From: a virus
Direction: 5' to 3' (one strand)
Virus record (IMG/VR): IMGVR_UViG_3300048687_000087
Span: 13,413 to 77,412 of that record
DNA length: 64,000 bases
The number at the start of each line of letters is the position of its first letter. The first letter of the stretch is position 1. The notes under the pieces are model-generated. The model was not told the origin of the DNA. It saw only the letters and a list, made by a program, of their open reading frames with translations, and searched no databases. A program made the position numbers and the translations under genes. Shown here piece by piece: positions 1 through 6,118 of the stretch.

Positions 1-96
1 GTGTTCGCCCGCGAGCTCGGGCGGCTGCTCACCGCCGCCGGTCACGACGTGACGGTCCGGCACCGGGACATGCACCGGCCGGTCGTTCAGCGCTGA
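1..96 (+). CDS. 3' end of a RapZ C-terminal-domain-like protein (partial)
   Basis: Frame 1 reads VFARELGRLLTAAGHDVTVRHRDMHRPVVQR*; the L..L...G..V.V.HRD ending is typical of the RapZ C-terminal domain; only 31 aa are visible. Confidence 0.55.
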   Translation: MFARELGRLLTAAGHDVTVRHRDMHRPVVQR

Positions 97-99
97 ACA

Positions 100-149
100 G
101 CCTCGATGGTCGCAAGGCCGGGTTCGACTCCCGGCCGGGGCACGCACCA
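100..149 (+). ncRNA. Mini tRNA-like element 1 (acceptor stem + T-arm, no full D or anticodon arm)
   Basis: GCCTCGA..CCGGG-TTCGACT-CCCGG-CCGGGGC-ACGCACCA; canonical T-loop. Confidence 0.6.
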
Positions 150-176
150 ATCCACCAACTCACAGAGGAGCAGGAC

Positions 177-383
177 ATGGGACGCAACAACACGACCTCC
201 GCCAACCACGCTGGCGACATCGGCGACGGCGACAACGTGATCTCCGGCGTCAAGGGGTCGGTGGCACTGAACGGTGACGTCCACAACAACACAAGCGAGA
301 GCACCGGCCAGCGCACCGTCTCCGGCAAGGACAGGACCGTGGTCAAGGGCGACAACACCGCCACCATCTCCCGCAGCTTCTGA
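177..383 (+). CDS. Small G/N/D/T-rich protein, amyloid/beta-arch-like repeats
   Basis: GAGGAG RBS, 68 aa, GDIGDGDNVISG / NGDVHNN / KGDNTAT. Confidence 0.75.
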   Translation: MGRNNTTSANHAGDIGDGDNVISGVKGSVALNGDVHNNTSESTGQRTVSGKDRTVVKGDNTATISRSF

Positions 384-426
384 CCCGCACCACCCCAACC
401 CATTCATTGACACGAAGGAGCACGTC

Positions 427-633
427 ATGCCCGGAGCCCGTCATTCTCTCGGCGCCACGACCAGCAGCCTGAAGGCCGAGATTGAGGCCGACGTCGCTGC
501 GAACCGCGGCGCCCAGCGCGACATGGAGGCCGCCGGCAACCAGGCGATGGCCGCCCGCATGGGTGCCGCCGCCGACGAGTCGCTCGACGAGCTGAACGAC
601 TTCAAGGCAGGCAAGTGGAGCCCCCGCCCCTAA
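427..633 (+). CDS. Small helical hypothetical protein
   Basis: GAAGGAG RBS before ATG 427; 68 aa. Confidence 0.75.
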   Translation: MPGARHSLGATTSSLKAEIEADVAANRGAQRDMEAAGNQAMAARMGAAADESLDELNDFKAGKWSPRP

Positions 634-641
634 CCCGTTCG

Positions 642-673
642 CCTGCAGTTCGAGCAGGCCGAGGCACGCACCA
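642..673 (+). ncRNA. Degenerate mini tRNA-like element 2
   Basis: CCTGC-AGTTCGA-GCAGG-CCGAGGC-ACGCACCA keeps the 5-7-5-7 geometry and tail; the 5' acceptor strand pairs poorly. Confidence 0.4.
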
Positions 674-701
674 ACACCACTACCAATCTGAGGAGTTCGA
701 A

Positions 702-881
702 ATGGCGTATGAGAACCGGTCCAGTGAGCAGCTCAGGTCCAGCATTCAGAGCGCGGCCGAGGAGGGCCAGTTCCGGTCGTCCATCGGCGACAAGGTCGCG
801 GAGGACGAGGCGCACCGCACGATCGACCGCCGCCTGGACGAGCTGGAGCGGCGTGGCGATCTGACCTCGGACGGCCGCTGA
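702..881 (+). CDS. Small helical hypothetical protein, probable paralogue of 427-633
   Basis: GAGGAG RBS; 59 aa; shared S..L+..I...G....D..LDEL pattern. Confidence 0.75.
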   Translation: MAYENRSSEQLRSSIQSAAEEGQFRSSIGDKVAEDEAHRTIDRRLDELERRGDLTSDGR

Positions 882-887
882 CAGCCA

Positions 888-944
888 GCCCCGGCATCGC
901 TGCCGTGAGGGCGCCGCATCGGATGCGGTCCGGGGCGCGCACCA
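888..944 (+). ncRNA. Mini tRNA-like element 3
   Basis: GCCCCGG..GCC-GTGA-GGGC-GCCGC-ATCGGAT-GCGGT-CCGGGGC-GCGCACCA; perfect 7-bp acceptor stem. Confidence 0.6.
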
Positions 945-973
945 TCTCCAGCCCCTTCTTTGAGAGGAAGCAC

Positions 974-1189
974 ATGGCCACACATCGCGCGAAGCACAGC
1001 GGGGTTTCCAACACGGGCTCGATGCAGGGCGTCACGTTCGAGCCCGGCGACAACGACGACGACACCGGCCGTGGTTCGTCGTCCGGCGGCGGGATCACGA
1101 ACTCCGGCGTGATGCACAACGTCGTGGTCACGTCCGGCGACAACAACGTCGCCACCAACACCGAGACGACCGTCTACCGCCGCCGCTGA
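974..1189 (+). CDS. Small G/N/S/T-rich protein with two amyloid-like pseudo-repeats
   Basis: GAGAGGAAG RBS; NTGSMQGVTFEPGDN and NSGVMHNVVVTSGDNN. Confidence 0.75.
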   Translation: MATHRAKHSGVSNTGSMQGVTFEPGDNDDDTGRGSSSGGGITNSGVMHNVVVTSGDNNVATNTETTVYRRR

Positions 1190-1240
1190 GCCTGCCCGCA
1201 ACCCGATCCGCCCGCTACAACTCCTGACTCCCGCACCACC

Positions 1241-1296
1241 GCCCCGGTTTCCAGCCGTGAGGGCGCCGGGTCGACTCCGGCCCGGGGCACGCACCA
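1241..1296 (+). ncRNA. Mini tRNA-like element 4
   Basis: GCCCCGG..GCC-GTGA-GGGC-GCCGG-GTCGACT-CCGGC-CCGGGGC-ACGCACCA. Confidence 0.65.
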
Positions 1297-1326
1297 TCCC
1301 AACCCACCCGAACGGAAGGAAGATCC

Positions 1327-1500
1327 ATGTCCCGGAAGACTGACAAGGAGTGCGCTCAGCAGGCAGTCGCTGCGGCGATGGCCGGCGAGACCCCAGCTGT
1401 CACGAAGCGACTGATCGAGTCCTCGATGACGCGCGACGAGATGGCACGCGGATCCGCGTACATCGCCTCTGGCCAGAAGGTCACCGGCAAGGGCCGCTGA
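1327..1500 (+). CDS. Small hypothetical protein (57 aa, not in ORF track)
   Basis: GGAAGGA RBS; MSRKTDKECAQQAVAAAMAGETPAVTKRLIESS...KGR*. Confidence 0.65.
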   Translation: MSRKTDKECAQQAVAAAMAGETPAVTKRLIESSMTRDEMARGSAYIASGQKVTGKGR

Positions 1501-1583
1501 ACCTACCCGCAGCCCGATCCGCCCGTCTCGAACGGGCGGTGAGGAGACCGGACAGTCCGGCACCCAACCCGAGAGGAACCCTG

Positions 1584-1772
1584 ATGGCCCTGTTCAAGAA
1601 GTCCCCTGAGGTCGCCGCCCTGCGTGAGGCCGATGCTGCTCTGCACGCGAACCAGCGGCGTGAGGAAGCGGCCGGCATCGACTACGAGACGCCGGAGTAC
1701 AAGCGCCTCAACGCCGCGGCGAACGAGGCCGCCGACAAGGTGTCCCGCTGGCGCGGCGGCAACAAGCGCTGA
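1584..1772 (+). CDS. Small hypothetical protein
   Basis: GAGAGGA RBS; MALFKKSPEV... Confidence 0.75.
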   Translation: MALFKKSPEVAALREADAALHANQRREEAAGIDYETPEYKRLNAAANEAADKVSRWRGGNKR

Positions 1773-1865
1773 CCGGCTGCCCGCCGGGCCCGTCTCGCAC
1801 GGGCCCGGTCGAGGGGAGCCGGGACACCCCCGGACCACTACATGCCAATCCCGAGAGGAGTCTTG

Positions 1866-2072
1866 ATGGCCCTGTTTCGTCGAAGCCAGCCCGAAGAGCC
1901 CGAGGTGCTCGCCACGGCCGCCGAAGTGGACGCTGCGGCACGCCAGTTGCAGCAGGGAGGTAGCGATCAGCTCGCCCAGCAGCTCATCGACCGGGCCGGC
2001 CCGGACAACGAGCAGCGAGTCGGGATGGCGATCCTGTCGCGCGCCGCCGACTACGAACCGTCCGGGGAGTGA
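1866..2072 (+). CDS. Small hypothetical protein
   Basis: GAGAGGAG RBS; MALFRRSQPE... Confidence 0.75.
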   Translation: MALFRRSQPEEPEVLATAAEVDAAARQLQQGGSDQLAQQLIDRAGPDNEQRVGMAILSRAADYEPSGE

Positions 2073-2263
2073 GCGCCATGCCGAAACGCAAAGAGCCGCC
2101 GGTGGGCGCGTGCCCGCAGTGCTTTAACCACGTCGAGAACAAGGATCACGGGTCGACCTTCCTGGGCCTGTTCGGCGAACCGGAGTGCGCGGCGTGCACG
2201 GACCACTACAACAACGGCTGCCCCACGGTCGTGCCGCCGAAGCCGGGATTCGGCTGGTGGTGA
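2069..2263 (+). CDS. Small Cys/His protein (CxxC..CxxCxxH), resembles the Streptomyces plasmid pRL2-8 type
   Basis: GACPQCFNH...ECAACTDHYNNG; GTGA overlap with the upstream gene. Confidence 0.6.
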   Translation: MSAMPKRKEPPVGACPQCFNHVENKDHGSTFLGLFGEPECAACTDHYNNGCPTVVPPKPGFGWW

Positions 2264-2349
2264 CCGGCTCCACCGCTCTCCCGCGGACGTGTGCCGTGGG
2301 AGAGCTGTGAAGCCGGGACACCCCCGGCCCAACACCGAGAGGAACTCGC

Positions 2350-2529
2350 ATGGGATCCGCAGACCGCTGGCCCGATCTCACCGGCAAGAGCTGGGCGACC
2401 AAGACCTCGACCGAGATGACTGACAGCGAAGTCAACGACGCCCGAGCCACGTTCGAGGCAGTCGGCCGCAACGACTACGAGAGCGAATGGCTGAACCGTC
2501 ACGGCCTGCCCGAGAACTACGGCGACTGA
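2350..2529 (+). CDS. Small hypothetical protein (59 aa, not in ORF track)
   Basis: GAGAGGA RBS; MGSADRWPDLTGKSWATK...ENYGD*. Confidence 0.65.
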   Translation: MGSADRWPDLTGKSWATKTSTEMTDSEVNDARATFEAVGRNDYESEWLNRHGLPENYGD

Positions 2530-2573
2530 CCGACTACCTAACCCATCCGTCCCGCACCAGACAGGAACCCCAC

Positions 2574-2681
2574 ATGCCCACGAATCCCCAGACCGGCAGC
2601 GAGATCGAGGTCGAGGACGACGGCGACTACACCGTCACCTTCGAGATGACGCTCCCGCCCCAGTCCGACGACGAGAAGTAG
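2574..2681 (+). CDS. Acidic 35-aa peptide
   Basis: AGGA RBS; MPTNPQTGSEIEVEDDGDYTVTFEMTLPPQSDDEK. Confidence 0.5.
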   Translation: MPTNPQTGSEIEVEDDGDYTVTFEMTLPPQSDDEK

Positions 2682-2705
2682 CCCAACTCCTGAGAGGAGG
2701 CCGCC

Positions 2706-2918
2706 ATGCGGCCCCTATTGCTCCTGCTCGTGGCGGCTGTCCTCGCGCTATTCGGTAAATGCCCGGAAGCTGTCACGGCCCTCGGTGCTACGGCCGGCCT
2801 CATCTTCGGAGGCCTCCTTCACGTACTCGCCGAGCCCGCCCTCCTCGCCGCCATCGGCGCCGGCCTGGCCATCACCGTCATCCGCGCCGGACGGGCGCAC
2901 GCACGAGAGGCCCATTGA
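2706..2918 (+). CDS. Small membrane protein (Spd-like position)
   Basis: GAGGAGG RBS; hydrophobic 70 aa. Confidence 0.65.
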   Translation: MRPLLLLLVAAVLALFGKCPEAVTALGATAGLIFGGLLHVLAEPALLAAIGAGLAITVIRAGRAHAREAH

Positions 2919-2992
2919 TGCGCGCGCTCTACCTGCTCGCCATGTTCTTCCCGCTGATCCTGCTCGCCTTCCTCCTCGGACGAGGTTTCTAG
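2918..2992 (+). CDS. 24-aa hydrophobic peptide, translationally coupled on both sides
   Basis: TGATG overlap at start, TAGTG overlap at end; MRALYLLAMFFPLILLAFLLGRGF. Confidence 0.5.
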   Translation: MRALYLLAMFFPLILLAFLLGRGF

Positions 2993-3816
2993 TGAACGCT
3001 CCACCGTCCCGCATCGGTTGGGATCCGCTCGTTGCGGTGTCCCTGATTGCCGGTGTCGGGTTCACGGCGATCGCCGAGTACCAGCTCGCCAGAACAATCG
3101 GCGCGCCCGTCCCGGTGGCGGTACTCCTGCCCGTCGCCCTCGACGTGTACGTCGTCGCTGCGATCCGTCGCTCCCGCGGCCGGGACATCGCCCTCGCGCT
3201 CCTGTTGATGGGCGTCGCGCAGGTGTCAGCGCACATGCTCGAAGCCGGCGTCGTGGAGATCTCAGTACCGCTCGTCGCCGCCGTGTCGGTACTAGTACCG
3301 CTCGTCATCTGGCGAGTGCACGCACTGGCGGTACTGCCCGACAAGCAGCACGTGAAATCCGGTACCAAAGCGGGGGTCGCCGAGCATCCGGTACCGGATG
3401 CCACCGTCGAGCGAGTACCGGCACCGGAGACCGTCGCAGTACCGGATGCCGACCCGGTCCCGGTACCGGCTGCGAGCCGCCCGGAACTCGAAGCCGTACC
3501 GGAGTCAGTACCGGACCCGGTACCGGTACGGCCGCGTCGCCGCACCAGCAAGAGGACCGGGCGCAGTTCCGCCCCCAAGGCCCGCCCCAAGAAGACCGGT
3601 ACTGCCTCGTTCGACGAGCACGTCCGTACCGCCATCGACTGGCTCGCCGACGACCCGACCCTGTCCGGTACCGCCATCGGCAAGAAGCTCGGTACCGGCG
3701 ACTCCTACGGCCGGCGCGTCCGCCGCGAAGCCCTCGCCCAAGCCGGTACCGAACCGGCTCCTGGCCCCGAGCACCGGGACCACGACAGCAACGTCCCGAC
3801 CCTCACCGGAAGCTGA
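2992..3816 (+). CDS. Spd-like membrane protein (about 4 TM, Pro-rich linker, C-terminal HTH)
   Basis: GTG start at 2992; AEYQLARTIG..LPVALDVY TM region; LSGTAIGKKLGTGDSYGRRV HTH-like end; directly upstream of the traB-like gene. Confidence 0.6.
   Translation: MNAPPSRIGWDPLVAVSLIAGVGFTAIAEYQLARTIGAPVPVAVLLPVALDVYVVAAIRRSRGRDIALALLLMGVAQVSAHMLEAGVVEISVPLVAAVSVLVPLVIWRVHALAVLPDKQHVKSGTKAGVAEHPVPDATVERVPAPETVAVPDADPVPVPAASRPELEAVPESVPDPVPVRPRRRTSKRTGRSSAPKARPKKTGTASFDEHVRTAIDWLADDPTLSGTAIGKKLGTGDSYGRRVRREALAQAGTEPAPGPEHRDHDSNVPTLTGS
3075..3752. repeat. Dense cluster of GTAC(C) / CCGGTACCGG motifs inside the Spd-like gene
   Basis: About 20 GTAC cores counted by eye, occurring in different codon phases (GTA-CCG, GGT-ACC, TAC). 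Confidence 0.75.
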
Positions 3817-3819
3817 CCC

Positions 3820-5955
3820 ATGACCACGACCGAGCCGATAACCGAGGTCGAAGAACGGCCTCTCAAGCTGGTCAAGCCGCCCGCCACCGAGACGCCCACG
3901 AAGACCCGTGCCGAGCGGCAGCGACTACGCCGCCTCAAGGCTGTGCTCGCCGACGAGCGCACCCGCGACGTGTACCGGCTCGCCGTCCGCCACGGCGCTT
4001 ACGTTGCGGGCGGCGCCCGGATCATCACCCGCCGCGGATGGGACGACCGCAGTACCGCCCGCTACCAGCGGATGATCCGCACCGCTGAAGCCGCAGGGAA
4101 CCGTGAACTCGCCGCCGACTGGGAAGAGCGCGCCCACCGGTTCCGGCAAGCACGCCACCAGCGCCGCATGGACCTCCTCACTTCCATGCGCAACGCGCCC
4201 AAAGCCGTCGGAGCCGGTGCCCTCACCGGCACGGGACTGCTCGCCGTCACCGGGATCGCCATCGCCGTCGCCAACAAGAACATCGCCGACATACTGCTGC
4301 CCTTCGAGTTCGTCATCGGCATCGTGAGCTGGGCATACGTCATCGCCAGCGTGGTGTGGGCGACCGTGAAGCTCGCAGGCCCCAGCCTGGCTGTGCTCGC
4401 CCTGTGGAACCTCGGACGCCAGCGGCAGGCGGCCCCGGCGTGGGCGCTGCCGGAGAAACTCCGCACTGACGGAGGCCCGATCACCCCGTCGATCGTGGTG
4501 AAAGCCTTCCGTGACCTGCGGATTAGCGACCTGAAGAAGGCCATCCTGGACATGGAGGATGGCGGCGCATCCATGCTGTCGCCGATCGTCATCGCAGGCT
4601 GCGGCGTCGAAGTCGACGTCACCTTGCCGTCCAGCGTCTCCACCGACGAGATCGAGGCAAAGCGGCGCAAGCTCGCCGAGAACCTCAACCGGCACGAGCA
4701 CGAGCTGTACATTTCTGTCGCTCCGCAGCCGCGGACGGTGAAGCTGTGGATCGCCGACTCCGGTGCTCTCGACGAGCCGATCGGGCCGTCGCCGCTGGTC
4801 ACAGACCCTGGCATGACCGCCGACTACAAGACCGGTCGTGCACCGTGGGGTGTCGACCTGCGCGGCGACGCCGTGTTGATGAGCCTGTTCCAGAAGATGG
4901 TGCTGGTCACGGGCCTGTCCAACCAGGGGAAGACGGCATCGTTGCGGGCCCTGGCTCTGTGGCTGGCTTTCGACCCGTCCGTCGAGTTCCGTATCGGTGA
5001 CCTCAAGGGCATCGGCGACTGGCGAATGTTCGTCGGCCTCGCCACCGTCGTGATCGAGGGGCCGACGGACGAGCACGTCATGGACGTCACGCACATGGTC
5101 GAGGACGGGTTCGAGGAGATGAACCGGAGGCTGCAGGCCCCCGAGGGCACTGTGTTCAAACCGCTGGTCATCATCGTTGACGAGGCGCAGGTCGCCTACG
5201 GGTCGGGTGCCCGGGAGACCTATGTGACGGACAACGGGACCGTGAAGTTCGGGGCACCTTACGGCGGGTCCAAGAGCACGAGCAGGTACTTCCGGGCCGT
5301 CAAGGGCATCCACGACCAGGGCCGCGCCGTCAACGTGCTGATCTGGGAAGGCACCCAGGACCCGACGAACGAAAACCTGCCCAAGCGGTCCCGCGAGGGC
5401 AACCACATCCGGGCAGCGCTGGTCCTCGGCACCAAGTCCCAGGCCGAGATGGCGCTCGGCGAGGCGCCCGTAGAGAAGGGCGCCGCACCGCACAAGCTGC
5501 GGCAGGGCTTCGACAAGGGACAACTCGTAGCCGCAGGTGAGGGCGTCCCGCTGGCCCCCGGCCAGGTGTCGCTGAACGTGCGCACGCACTACATCAGCAA
5601 CGACGACGCGAAGGAAGTCGCGGACCGGGCCAAGGCGCTGCGCAGGAAGGTCACCACGCTGCACAAGCTGGAGCCCGTCGAGGAACTGGACCCGCTGGCC
5701 GACATCGCAATCGTCATTGGCAGTACGGCGCGCATGCGGACGCAGGAAGTCCTTCAACTGCTGGCGGAACGCAACCCGGCTGGCTACCGAGAGTGGACGT
5801 TCCAGGACCTGAAGGAGGCCCTGGGAGTCGTCGACGCAGCCCCGCACAAGAGCGACGGGCAGATGGTCGTGGACCAACAGAAGGTCCAACGGGCCCTCGC
5901 CGAACGCGACTCCAAGGACCAGGGAGGCGAGAAGAAGACAGGGAGTTCTCCCTGA
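3820..5955 (+). CDS. traB: FtsK/SpoIIIE-family DNA translocase, TraB-like conjugal transfer ATPase
   Basis: N-terminal TM segments, Walker A GLSNQGKT, EMNRR, Walker B IIVDEAQ, QGRA, GTQDP, C-terminal wHTH-like domain; Spd-like neighbours. Confidence 0.8.
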   Translation: MTTTEPITEVEERPLKLVKPPATETPTKTRAERQRLRRLKAVLADERTRDVYRLAVRHGAYVAGGARIITRRGWDDRSTARYQRMIRTAEAAGNRELAADWEERAHRFRQARHQRRMDLLTSMRNAPKAVGAGALTGTGLLAVTGIAIAVANKNIADILLPFEFVIGIVSWAYVIASVVWATVKLAGPSLAVLALWNLGRQRQAAPAWALPEKLRTDGGPITPSIVVKAFRDLRISDLKKAILDMEDGGASMLSPIVIAGCGVEVDVTLPSSVSTDEIEAKRRKLAENLNRHEHELYISVAPQPRTVKLWIADSGALDEPIGPSPLVTDPGMTADYKTGRAPWGVDLRGDAVLMSLFQKMVLVTGLSNQGKTASLRALALWLAFDPSVEFRIGDLKGIGDWRMFVGLATVVIEGPTDEHVMDVTHMVEDGFEEMNRRLQAPEGTVFKPLVIIVDEAQVAYGSGARETYVTDNGTVKFGAPYGGSKSTSRYFRAVKGIHDQGRAVNVLIWEGTQDPTNENLPKRSREGNHIRAALVLGTKSQAEMALGEAPVEKGAAPHKLRQGFDKGQLVAAGEGVPLAPGQVSLNVRTHYISNDDAKEVADRAKALRRKVTTLHKLEPVEELDPLADIAIVIGSTARMRTQEVLQLLAERNPAGYREWTFQDLKEALGVVDAAPHKSDGQMVVDQQKVQRALAERDSKDQGGEKKTGSSP

Positions 5956-6039
5956 GGGCCTCCCTGAGGCGCCTGACCCCATCTGACCAGCACGAATCGC
6001 TCTTTCAGGGAGGCAGGGAGGCGCTCGCAGCCTCCCTGA
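5920..6039. repeat. Cluster of seven CTCCCTG/CAGGGAG heptamers (candidate clt-like transfer locus)
   Basis: CAGGGAG at 5920, 5939, 6006, 6014; CTCCCTG at 5948, 5960, 6032. Confidence 0.65.
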
Positions 6040-6118
6040 AAGCCCCCGGAATCAGGGGTTTTCGAAGGAACGAGCCGGCTCCTCGACAACCCAGGACCGC
6101 ACGGAAACGAGGAAGCCG

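Noticed and set aside
100-149. Functional tRNA gene suggested by GGTTCGACTCC and a CCA-ending tail
   Set aside because: Only about 11 nt lie between the acceptor 5' strand and the T-arm, leaving no room for D and anticodon arms; the CCA is also offset from the discriminator position. Kept as tRNA-like only.
100-2345. CRISPR array or integron attC cassette array
   Set aside because: Repeats are degenerate and unevenly spaced, the spacers are protein-coding, no cas or IntI gene is present, and no GTTRRRY/RYYYAAC attC boundaries were recognised
2785-2991. N-terminal extension of the Spd-like ORF given by the ORF track (and similar extensions of 15633, 29698, 52433, 56333)
   Set aside because: These overlap better-supported upstream genes; RBS and stop/start coupling indicate the later starts used here
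3820-5955. Chromosomal cell-division FtsK or type VII secretion EccC
   Set aside because: Single ATPase domain, mobile-element context with Spd-like genes, and no WXG100 or division genes nearby
3925-5982. 685-aa minus-strand ORF, and similar long antisense ORFs (12203-13852, 22721-24688, 59690-61291, 31420-32670)
   Set aside because: Shadow ORFs opposite well-supported genes; typical of high-GC codon bias, with no motifs
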